Below are positions 39,629 to 50,546 of a stretch of DNA of 64,000 nucleotides, one piece after another; positions within the stretch are counted from its first letter, which is position 1; every line of letters starts with the position of its first letter. The stretch is from Octopus vulgaris (lineage: Eukaryota): the NCBI GenBank assembly GCA_951406725.2, contig OX597815.1, positions 180,172,001-180,236,000 on the forward strand, read 5' to 3'. Position numbers and translations under genes: made by a program. The notes under the pieces are model-generated. The model was not told the DNA's origin. It was given only the letters and a program-made list of their open reading frames with translations, and searched no databases.

Positions 39629-40014
39629 TCTATATATATATAAAAGCTGAAGTTGTCTGTGTATGGCAGGTTTGGTAGCCTTCAACTAACACTATCTCCT
39701 CCGAGACCCTGCGGCGCAAGTTGACCAAAATTGAGAGTATGATAGAAGAAGGCTTGCTCTTCATTCAGTAGAAGAAAAAAATTCAAATCGGACCATGTTA
39801 ACACCAAAAATTATTTACATCAAAAAGGTGCTTTTTTTTCTATGAAAATCCCTATTTTTAACGATTTTTTTTACTGCTGTGTCGCCATTTTTCTGTGTAT
39901 TTCAACCAGAAAAATGTTCACTTAAAGAGAATAACAAGCTACATAATGCAAAATTTTTACTTTTCAAAAATTCCAATTCTAAAGGGTCGAAGCAACGCCG
40001 AGCGATATTGCTTG
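39629..40014 (+). mobile_element. Non-autonomous Helitron inside the hAT element
   Basis: A|TCTATATATATATAAAAG start; GCAA..TTGC hairpin then CTTG|T end; inverted partial 5' copy at ~39161-39290. Confidence 0.75.
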
Positions 40015-40039
40015 TTTTTTGATTAAAAAAAAAGTGAAG

Positions 40040-41335
40040 AGATCGCCATAACAGACGACAGTGATGACGAAGCTGGCATAAGCCAACAAGACATACTTTT
40101 TCAAACAGATTTGGCTCACGAAAATGCTTGTTTTCCCCAGCTAAAACCTGAATTTAACAAAGTTTTAAACAAGGTAAGACAAATTTCAAACTTTTCCGTA
40201 AATGAAATTTTGCAAGATTTTGTACGAGCGAACTTTGATAACAGAGAATATAAACTTATACTGGATTGCAGAACTGGGTAGAATGGCACATTCTATAATG
40301 ATTGAGAGATTTTTGAAATTGAGAAGCTGCATTCCAAATGCTCTACGAGCAGTATTTTCCACAGATGCCGACGAAGAATGGAAATCTCTTTATTTACTAT
40401 ATGAAATTCTGCATCCAGTAGAAATTATTTTGAAGGCTATTTGCGCTGATGATACGGGTTTACTGAAAGCGGAATATTCTATAGAATTTTTATTGAATAA
40501 ACTTAATATCATCGGCAACCCTTTGGCTCTAAATCTTCGTGAAAGACTTATGCATAGATATAAGAAAAACAATGTCGAAACCTTGACTCTCTTGGGGTAT
40601 TTACATAACCCAAGGAAGTTTAAAGGTGAATCAATTTCTGGACCTTTTCTTTTTTTTAACGAAACAACATTTAAAGAAGTATACTGAACAAACATATAGG
40701 AGATTATTTCCTGAACATGACGCTGAGAACACAACAGAATTATCCAAAGAAAATGAAACAGGAGGGAGCCTAAAAACAAGTGTTACTGTTGTCCCATCTA
40801 CTTACGAAGGTACTGGACTCATGCATGAATACACAAGCGCAATGAAGAAAATGAATGAAGAGCCCAAGATGGTAACAGATGGATTTGAAATCTCTAAAGA
40901 ATTCGGGTACTATTTAAGAAGTGTGGTCCCGGTGCGCGCACTCGCACTAGCTAGTCGTGACTAGTCGATCCTACAATGACTAACTAGCAAAGTAAATAAA
41001 ACACAAAATGAATAATTTTTTTGAAACAAAGTAAATAAAACAAAAATGCAAAGTAAGGATCAACTAGTCACGACTAGCTAACGCGAGTGTGCGCACCGGG
41101 ACCACTCTTCTTCAATAGTACCCAAGAATTCGAATATTTTGAAGCAACTTTGAACTGAAGTGAAAAGCTCGAGAAACTTTACCGAGCATAGCTTACAACA
41201 AGTGCCCAGTCGGAAAGAGCTTTTTCAATTACTGGAGTTTTCAACACAAAAATTAGGACAAGTTTGTCAGGTAAAACACTGAATGCATTGCGTTTTTTAA
41301 AATATTATTTTCGAAGGAAAGTGAATCATGAAGCA
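40040..41335 (+). pseudogene. hAT transposase pseudogene (catalytic to dimerisation domain)
   Basis: KVLNKVR.., LILDCRTG*NG (DxxTRWNS-like), MIERFLKLR, L.PVEIILKAIC, and C-terminal TSAQSERAFSITGVFNTKIRTSLSGKTLNAL; stops and frameshifts. Confidence 0.88.
40905..41123. mobile_element. MITE with GGGTACTA TIRs and 8-bp TSD (Merlin-like)
   Basis: AAGAATTC|GGGTACTATTTAAGAAG ... CTTCTTCAATAGTACCC|AAGAATTC; splits the hAT ORF at KEF/EY; relatives at ~38586-38849 and ~41570-41850. Confidence 0.85.
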
Positions 41336-42479
41336 AGTCAAGAAACTTGATTGATTCTCAGAAATACAACTTGGACAAACGTTGCATTCCTAATTAAATA
41401 AATATAATACCATTATTAGATACAGATACAGGCACCATCAATATATTTGTGGATATCAGTCAACCTGTTACTTTCTCTCTTTCTTTGTGTATGTATATAA
41501 ACAAAATACAATATACAACAAACTTCTTCGTTACAGGGACACCACCGCTCTAAATCCGCGAAAACCCTGGGGTATTACTTAAGAAGAGTGGTCCCGGTAC
41601 GCGTACTCGCGCATCTGCGCTAGCTAATCATGACTAGTCGATCTTTACTTTGTGTTATTTACTGTTTAAAAAATTATTTACTTTGTGTTTTATTTACTTT
41701 GTTTTAAAAAAATTGTTTACTTTGTGTAAAAAAATTATTTTGTGTTTTATTTACTTTGCTAGTTAGTCGTTGTAGGATCGACTAGTCACGACTAGCTAGC
41801 GTGGATGCGCGAGTGCGCGCACCGGGACTACTCTTCTTAAGTAGTACCCCGGTTAAAAATTGGTTTTCGCGGATTTAGAGCGGTGTCCCTGTAACGAAGA
41901 AGTTTGTCGTATATTGTAACCGGTTTTGAGAATTACTTATACTTAAACTCGGTTTTGGGAATTATCGGTTTTTTTGCGAGCCCTAGGCACACATGGCTTT
42001 ACTTGATTGAAGTGGGGGTAAAAATTAAGATTATAATTTTTTTGTAGGCCACCAGCGAACCATGTGTGTGTTACTTCGGCATCATCATTCCATAAAGTGT
42101 TTAATAGGAGAAAAATTTTGAGAAAACATCAATACATGTGAGAGTGAAAACGAAGGGTGGTTTGGGATGTCCTAGAAACAACAGCCAAATCTCCCTTGAA
42201 TCGTACAGCTTTTCCTCTGAAAACATTAATTTTTTTTTTTACCAGAGTAAGATGGTGAGGAATTAAAAAAATTTTTTTTTCATAAAAGGACCCCCCGCCC
42301 CATCATTTCAAATGCTGTGGTGAAATTTTAAAAAATGGAGAAAATCCCCGTGAAAATAGTGTAGCTCCAACTTATTTGGTCTTCCTGGCCTGAAATTCTG
42401 TTTTTTTTTTTTTTTTTGAAACTCCTCTCCTCATGCTCTCGGGAAAAGTTTTCCCCACAAATTTCTTTATAATCATAAT

Positions 42480-42700
42480 CTTGGTTGGCATCCTTTCTGT
42501 CTCGGGAGACAATGGAGTTGCGCATGAAGTAGTCTAGTCCGGCTTTTATATTTCATGTCCTGATACATTTCCTGCTGTGGCTGTGTAGTCCTATCCTGGA
42601 CAAACACTCCCTCTGGCAGGTACCGCAAATGTAGCGAAGACTGTTCCTGGCTGGTTGTAGTGCCATAGTCTCTTGTTTACGTCTCTTCCTTTCTTTCCAT
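42480..42700 (-). pseudogene. RTE (BovB-like) LINE extreme 3' end
   Basis: YICGTCQRECLSRIGLHSHSRKC zinc-finger motif followed by the tail CCATTGTCTCCCGAGACAGAAAGGATGCC. Confidence 0.85.
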
Positions 42701-43429
42701 TTCTCATCTCTCTCTCTGTCACTTTGAAATTTCATTAAAAGATATCCATTTTCTTGGAAGTTATGAGGGGGAAAAAGTCCGATTGTATGAAATTTCCAAA
42801 ACTCTTCTTCCTTCTCCCTTGGAAAAATTATTTCCCATAAATCCCTATATATTCTGAATCCACAGTATATAAGTGGTATTTGTTGAAAATTTTGTTAAAA
42901 AGTATCCATTTTTCTGGAAGTTGTGGGGCAACAAAGTCGGAAGGGTGCATATCTGTAGTTATGCCAACAAAAAATTATCCAGTGCCCACAGTAAAGGGCA
43001 ATAACTCCAGGTTTTATTGTTTATATGTGTGGGAACAAACCCCCAAAACAACGTGTGTCATGGAAATCCATAGTTTGACTTATATGAAACATGTTTTATT
43101 CCGTTTGTATTCACATTTCAGGGGTATTTTACTTTCCCATTATGCACCAGTTTGGCTGTTTTAAATGACAGACAAGCAAGCAAGCAATCACGGAGTTTTA
43201 ATAGCATATAGATACATAAGGATAAGCATATTAAAAGGGGTCTGTGGGAAAACTCATTTAAATAAAAGGGCTGAGAACCACTGGGAAAAGGTTGGGAACC
43301 ACTGATCTACATCCACTAGATCCCTTCTAGTCAAATGGTCAACAAAGGAATTTCAACCGTGTTTCGTGGTCTGCTACCACAACAGCTCCTTTATAGGATC
43401 CAGTTAGCTCAAGACATCATCAGGAGGAA

Positions 43430-44130
43430 CCACATCTGGTTTTGACCCCTACTCCTCTACCATTTTGACATGGCGGGGCCCCCCCCTTTCAGAGGTGTCT
43501 TCAGCTCTGGTGTTAAAGAATACCTTGTGGAGGTTTGGGGCGAATTCAGAAAGAAATTTCATTGCAAAGAGCCAGAGCAACTGAACTAGGGCAATGCACC
43601 AGTTCACCAGTTCCATTCTAGTAATGAACTTCTTGGCAAAGATGGACATGAAAACCGTCCCCCACTCTCCTTATAGTCCAGACCTTGCTCCCTATGACTG
43701 TTGACTGTTCCCCAAGCAGAAGGGGATGTTGTTGTTGTTATTGTTAAGCAACAAGACAGGTAAAGTGTTTAGGTGATGGTCTAGGGCTTAGGGGCAGGAG
43801 ACCCCAGACCTTGGAAAAAAAAACTTTGGTCATCTTGTTGTAGTCGAGGGCTTTTCGTTGATGCCTGACACCACTAGGAGGTGGTCTTCAAAGTCGCTGG
43901 AAATGGAGATCTCCATGTCCAAATTCTTGAACAGCAGCAGAAGAAGAAGATGAAGGAGGTGGCAACAAGGGTCTTGGACACCTTTACTTTGGGAGACATC
44001 CATGGAGCCTTCCAATACAACAAGAGCATCGATGTCAGGGGATTCCACTTTGAAGGAGATTATAGAGTTTTGTGCTTCTTTGTAATTAATGTCTCTTGAA
44101 AAATTGTCAAAACCTCTTGAATGCTCTCTG
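43430..44130 (+). pseudogene. mariner transposase relic with right TIR, interrupted by a ~210-bp insert (43727-43940)
   Basis: NAPVH..ILVMNFLAKMDMKTVPHSPYSPDLAPYD.*LFPK; C-terminal RGFHFEGD; ends ...CTCTCTG|TA. Confidence 0.88.
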
Positions 44131-44922
44131 TACAACCGAGCGTTGTGTTAAGAATTAATGAAATAATTGACACCAATGCTATATTTTTGTGTGTGTGTAT
44201 TTCTTATTTCGGTCTAAACTGACAAGAAATAGAAATCTTGTCAGAGAAGTGTTGGAGTGGTCTGAGTTTTGGAGATATATTTTGGTGATTGGAAGTCGCT
44301 TTTGCACACTGATAGATTTCTCTTTTTATACATTCAGCCATTCAAATATTAATAAGCTGAAAAATTTGTTTATCATTCAGACACGATTTAGGTAAGCAGA
44401 CTTAGGAGTGAGATGAGTGTTTGAGGAAACTGTTTCTTACAAAATGTAGACTATTCTTTTGTAGAACTAAACAGAGACATAAATAAACACATACATAGAC
44501 AAGCATAACAGATAGATTTGAAGAAGAAGGAATTAGGTTAAGGATCAAAAACCTTAGGGATTAACAGAGAGCAGATTAAGATTTGACAAGAATATATGAA
44601 TAAGGAAAATTAATGTAAGATAAGATAAGATAAGATAAGATAAGATTTAGTAAGCTAAAATATGAACAAGAAGAGAAAATATATTTACCAGTTCAAAAAT
44701 ATAGAATACTGAATATTATGGAGAAAATTATGTAGAAATCATATAGTAACAGAGTTGCCTATAATCAAAAACCTGGTCCTGAGGCATCTGAATAGAAACA
44801 TCAATGAGTAAAGCAAACTTATTTGTTCATTTATTTTGAGATGGTGTTGGATTGAAAAAAAAAAAAAAAAGGCTATTTAATAATATAATGTAGTAAAAGT
44901 TCTAAAAACTGGGTACATATAC

Positions 44923-44987
<65 letters not shown>

Positions 44988-45058
44988 CGTATATATATAT
45001 ATGTGCGTATATATATATATGTGCGTATATATATATATATGCGTATATATATATATGC

Positions 45059-45104
<46 letters not shown>

Positions 45105-46240
45105 GCATATATGGGCACAGGATATCACCAGCTGTATAAACAACATGAAGTATGAAAACAAACGAGTTAAATATGCAAACAACGAGAGAAAAATGGAAAA
45201 CAAGACAAGTAAACAGAGACTGACACCAACACACACACACACACACACACTATATTACCATTTTATTATAACTTAAAAATAATCTACACAAGCTATTATT
45301 TGGAGTTTCATGTAGGTGTTCATCACACAGTTGTATTAAATATTGAATTATCATTTCGGTATTACAACAAATGTCTGATGAGCAGTCATGTGAAGCAATT
45401 TGCTTAGGCTTTTTCTTTTCCAGTTTTAATAGCATAGTATATTAGTCTGTCTTTCATATTTGAGTTCTGTTTTCTCCTCCTTGTTTTGCACCAATGAGTT
45501 CAAGGAAAAAAGGTGACAAACGAATAAACAATTATCTTATGAATTTCACTTACCTAACGGAGTTCATAAGATAATCGCTTGTTCCTTTGTCACTTCTCTT
45601 GTTTTCTTGTTACCACTCTCTACTCAACTTACACTTCATTCAAAAGCATACATGTATTGAGTGCTGCACCAAGTTATTAGTATCTCGATACATCATCATC
45701 ATCATCATCATCATCGTTTAACGTCCGTTTTCCATGCTAGCATGGGTTGGACGGTTCGACCGGGGTCTGGGAAGCCAGGAGGCTGCACTAGGCTCCAGTC
45801 TTATGTGGCAAGTGTTTCTGCAGCTGGATACCCTTCCTAACGCCAACCACTCCGTGAGTGTAGTGGGTGCTTTTTATGTGCCACCTGCACAGGTGCCAGA
45901 GGAAGCTGGCAAACGGCCACGATCGGTTGGTGCTTTTTACGTGTCACCAACACGGATGCCAGTCAGGAGGCACTGGCATCTGCCGCATTCGGACGGTGCC
46001 TTTAACCTGTCACCGATACCTAAGTGAAATATATATAGAGAGAGAGTCTGACAAGCTGTCCACAAGGCTTTGGCTTTGTGGATGTAAAATGTTTTTGCTG
46101 AAATAATTACTGCTCTACTCTTTGGAGTGTGCTTCTTTCTGATATACTTTTTATTAATTAATTATATATACATATATGTGTGTGTTCAAGGTGGTACTGA
46201 GATTTTGCAGTTAATGCTTTCTTTTTCTATTTCTTGAATA

Positions 46241-46746
46241 TCTCTATATCTATAAATGGCAAAATGTTTGTATATCTGTGTGTCTGTGTGTCCTTTATAA
46301 ATCCACAGTTTTTCACATAAAAGGCTCGCATTTTCTATGGGCTTTCAAAACTGTCTGAGGGTGGTCGTGAAGATCTTTTCATTTCCCCAATCACCCCAGA
46401 AAGCCATTTAAAAAGTCGATAAACTGACCCCTTATGCCCATAAGTTATTTTGCAGCCAAATTCAAGGTTTACATTTTCTTCTGCCTCCTTTTTTGTCCGA
46501 CTAGTGGTATGTGCACAGTCCCGCTTATTTTCCATGAGTATGCCGTTCCAGGTGTGAAAACCAAAGTCCAATGAATATTAATTACTCTCATAAAAAGCTC
46601 CAACTAGCTCATAAACAACAAAACTGGCCCGGGCTGAAATGTGATAAAAAACTTAGCTCTTGATTTAGTGAGACATTTTTACTGTGACCCAGCAACGAAC
46701 AACCAGCACTAGCACTAGATCCAGCAACGCCGGGTCATAGTGCTAG
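46241..46746 (+). mobile_element. Non-autonomous Helitron
   Basis: A|TCTCTATATCTATAAA start, TGTGTC microsatellite, 3' GCAACGCCGGG..TGCTAG|T. Confidence 0.75.
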
Positions 46747-47347
46747 TTTTCTATATTTTATACATGGTAATACATTCAATACTCTATACCAATTTTGCAG
46801 AACTTTTGTTAAGTTGCATTAAATGTTTTTCTTTATTGATTTCAACACCTACCTCAAAATAAATGAACATATAAGATTTTGAATAAATAAGGTTTTTTTT
46901 TGTTTTTTTTTTAACTTTGATATCAATATTCACCTGCCTCAGGAATGGTTTATTGATATAGACAACTAAGATGGAATACACAGTTCCTAAGTAATATCCA
47001 GTGCTCTATATTTCTGAATTTGGTAAATCTGTGTCTTTTGCTTTTTTATATCTCACCAGGTAATATTTTGTCTTACTTTAGTTACCCTCATATATTTTTG
47101 TCTTGTCGTATCTTAATCTTCTCTTTGTTAATCCCTAATCCTGTTGACCCATAACACAATTCCTTCTTTTCTATATTTACCTCTTAGGCATGGCTGTGTG
47201 GTAAGATGCTTACTTCCCAACTACATGGTTCTGGGTTCAGTCCCACTGCATGGCACCTTGGGCAAGTGTTTTCTACTATAGTCCCAGGCTGACCAAAGCC
47301 TTGTGAGTGGATTTGGTAGATGGGAACTAATCCCATATATATATATA

Positions 47348-47740
47348 TTCTTTTATTCTTTTCGGTCATTTGACTGTGGCCATGCTGGAGCACAACCTTG
47401 AGTTGAACCAATTGACTTAAGGACTTATTCTTTGTAAGCTTAGTAGTTATTCTAACAGTTCTTTTGCCAAACCAGTAAGTTACGAGGATGTAAACACACC
47501 AACATCAGTTGTCAACCGATAGCAGGTGGGGGACAAACACAGATACACAAATACATACATATATACATAGAATATAGGATGGGCTTCTTTCAGTTCCCAT
47601 CTACCAAATCCACTCACAAGGCTTTGGTCGGCCCGAGGCTATAGTAGAAGACACTTACCCAGGGTGCCATGCAGTAGGAATGAACCCCCGGAAACCATGT
47701 GATTGGGAAGCAGGCTTCTTATCACACAACCATGTCTGCA
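47348..47740 (-). mobile_element. SINE family 1 (a plus-strand 5' half precedes it at 47186-47335)
   Basis: Family head and tail motifs. Confidence 0.8.
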
Positions 47741-47904
47741 TTTATATATATATATTACATCATATGTAAACAAACACAAGTTTGTTTTTAAAGCATTGGA
47801 ATATATTGTGGAGCAAGTAGAAAGATATATTTTTCAATGCATAAATACTTCTAGAACAGCATATATAGGATAAAATCATTTTAAGAGCAGAAAATTTTCC
47901 TGGC

Positions 47905-47977
47905 AACCAGCCATGAGGATTGAACTCACACCCCTCTAATATCTGGTCAGAGTGCACTACCTTTAAGCTAAGCTGCC
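47905..47977 (-). other. tRNA-like sequence (pseudo-tRNA or SINE head)
   Basis: Minus strand GGCAGCTTAGCTTAAAGGTAGTGCAC..GAGTTCAATCCTCATGGCTG with A and B boxes; degenerate cloverleaf. Confidence 0.55.
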
Positions 47978-50039
47978 GACCGACAAATTCTTCTGCAATT
48001 TGAGAAGTTATAAAAAATCATCCAGAATCACTAGATGTCATATAGATTATGCCATATGTAAACAAACATAAGTTTGTTTTTGAAGCGTTGAAATGTATTG
48101 TAGAACAAATTTTTCTGCTCTAAAAGGATTTTATCCTATACATGCTGTTCTATCAGTATTTCATCATCATCATTATCATCATCATCGTCATTTAATGTCC
48201 GCTTTCCATGCTAGCATGGGTTTGACGGTTTGACTGAGGACTGGCAAGCCAGGCGGCTGCACCAGGTGGCTGCACCAGGCTCCAATCTGATCTGGCAAGG
48301 TTTCTACAGCTGGATACCCTTCCTAATGCCAACCACTCTTAGAGTGTAGTGGGTGCTTTTACATGCCACCAGCACAGGAGCTAGTCAGGTGGCACTGGCA
48401 TTGGCTATGCTTGAATGGTACTTTTTGCATGCCACCGGCACAGGTGCCAGTCAGGTGGCACTGACATTGGTCATGCTTCAATGGAGCTTTTTATGTGCCA
48501 CCAGCACAGGTGCCAGTCAAGCAGCATTGGCATCAGCCATGCCCAAATGGTGCTTTTTATGTGCCACTGGCACGGGTGCCAGTCAGGCAACACTGGCATC
48601 GGCCATGACTATGATTTCAGGATATAGAAAGGAATACTGATGAAAAATTCATAAATTCCATCCTCACTTAGAGAAGAAAAAAAATGTTCCATGTATTTTA
48701 AATTCGTTATCAAGTTGAAAGAAAAAAATATTTCTAATCGGCAGAATGGATGTAAGCTGATATTTGCGTGTCTCATTTTCCTGATTTCAGGCCTAAACTG
48801 GTTCTAGAGACTCTCTAAACTTAAATTTCATAATTTTAAATAAATAAATTATTTCAAACGTTTTGAATATAATTAAATGATATAATTATTTTTGAAACAT
48901 CAGCATTAGGATATTGTTTTGGTCTTTCAGACTATAAAAGGCTCCAGCATTCATCATTGAGTGGGAAACAAGGGTTGTTTCAGTGTATAATTCACAGATA
49001 ATAACTGCCACAGTAAATTATAGGCTTCTTTTGTTGTTTCATCAATTCTCATAAAAATATTGTTTCTTTCCGGCTGCAATTTATGTGCAACGAAAGCAAT
49101 TTAATACTAATAATCATGTTGGAAACCCCAGATACTAATCACAACCTTAAGTCATGGACATATTGTTGATCAATACTGAACTTAAAAATAATGTTTGGTG
49201 AAATAAATGTATTTGTGTTTGTTGATAGAATTAAGTAAAACATTTACTTTGCATTCACTGTTTTATTGTTGATCCTAAAACATAAATGAAACTTTAGAAT
49301 ACCGGGGAAAGAAAAGAATAACAACATTACAAGAAATCAAAGAACCATGCCATTAACTTTTGTGATAAATATAAAAATAGATTCTCATTCAATGAACTGA
49401 AATAGCATGACGAGTAAAAAAAAAAAAAAGATAAAAAAAAATCGGATATAAAGAAATTTCCAGAACATCCATTCTTTCTCCACAAATCAAATTATAGATC
49501 GTTTCTTATAGGAAAACCTATAAACAATTGCAATTTATTGTCTCTGAGAAAGTTTATCTTCAGCTGTATTGTTGATATTATCGCATAATCTGTGAATAAA
49601 TAATTCCAGCCTTGGTCATTTTCTCTTAACAGGTTTGACGTTACAATTCTTGGAGCAGAAAATAATGGAAACACCAAGAATCCCTGAAATTCTCGTCATT
49701 ATCATCAGCATCATCATTATCATGCCCATCTTTTAAAAGAAAGCAGAATAAAGAATTTCTAAAACAAATAAGAAAGCCACAATGGAGCAAGTTTATAATA
49801 AGACCCAGGCTGACATGTCTTATTTTGGTCTAATGTCTGTTAGCTTAAACTCCTAAAATAGACTGTTTTTGCTCCATGATTAGTGGAGTGCAGTGACAGA
49901 AAGAGGTCACATGACTTGACTGAATGATTCAAAAGTTCACTTCCCAATCATGAAATCCCAGATTTGATTCCATTGCACAGCATCGTGGGGAAGCATCTTT
50001 CTCCATTACCCTAAACCAGTGATTCTCAACCATTCTTTA

Positions 50040-50195
50040 CTTACATTATTTACATTTGACGGATATTTGTCCTCATCTTGTTTCTTGTTAGCACAACGTT
50101 TCGGCTGATATACTCTCCATCCTTCATCAGGTGTCTTGGGGAAATTTCGAACCTGGGTTCTCATTTTTCGTTGTTGTTGTTGTTGTTGTTGGTGC

Positions 50196-50226
<31 letters not shown>

Positions 50227-50546
50227 GCTGCTGCTGCTGTTCAGGTTACTGTTTGGAATCAAACTCAGAATCAGGGGTTAGTAGCCTATGCTCTTAACCA
50301 CTACGCCATATGCCCATGGGCATATGGCATAGTGGATAATAATATAATAATAATAATGATAATAACATCGTAAGATATCTTAGGAATGAGAACCCAGATT
50401 CAAAGTTTCCCTAAGGCACCTGATGAAGGCTGGAGGGTATATCAGCTGAAACGTTGTGTTAACAACAAACTAGACGAAGACAAATATCCGTCAAATGTAA
50501 ATAATGTAAATAATGTACATAATTCCTCGTCTCTTAAATATAGAAT
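50040..50546. mobile_element. tRNA-head + hammerhead element (family A), head-to-head inverted pair
   Basis: Minus copy with HHR 50091-50134 and tRNA head 50244-50315; palindromic pivot CCACTACGCCATATGCCCATGGGCATATGGCATAGTGG; plus copy with HHR 50416-50459. Confidence 0.85.
50416..50459 (+). ncRNA. Minimal type-I hammerhead ribozyme (family A), core intact
   Basis: GCAC-CTGATGA-A-GGCTG(10 nt)CAGCT-GAAA-CG-TT-GTGT; predicted cleavage after GUU. Confidence 0.8.

Larger units (their letters stand above)
38580..41986 (+). mobile_element. Rearranged hAT DNA transposon
   Basis: 8-bp direct repeat GCACACAT at 38572-38579 and 41987-41994; right end TTTTGCGAGCCCTAG; left end reduced to TAGG. Confidence 0.75.
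36517..43212 (-). mobile_element. Non-autonomous Helitron (possibly two adjacent copies) hosting nested insertions
   Basis: Minus strand starts A|TCTATATGCTATTAAAA..(GCTT)n and ends in a TGAC..GTCA hairpin then CTAG|T; internal inverted arms 37070-37330 / 42720-42970. Confidence 0.6.

Noticed and set aside
49633-49687. Plus-strand terminal exon after TTTTCTCTTAACAG
   Set aside because: Peptide FDVTILGAENNGNTKNP* is unrecognisable and has no supporting upstream exon.
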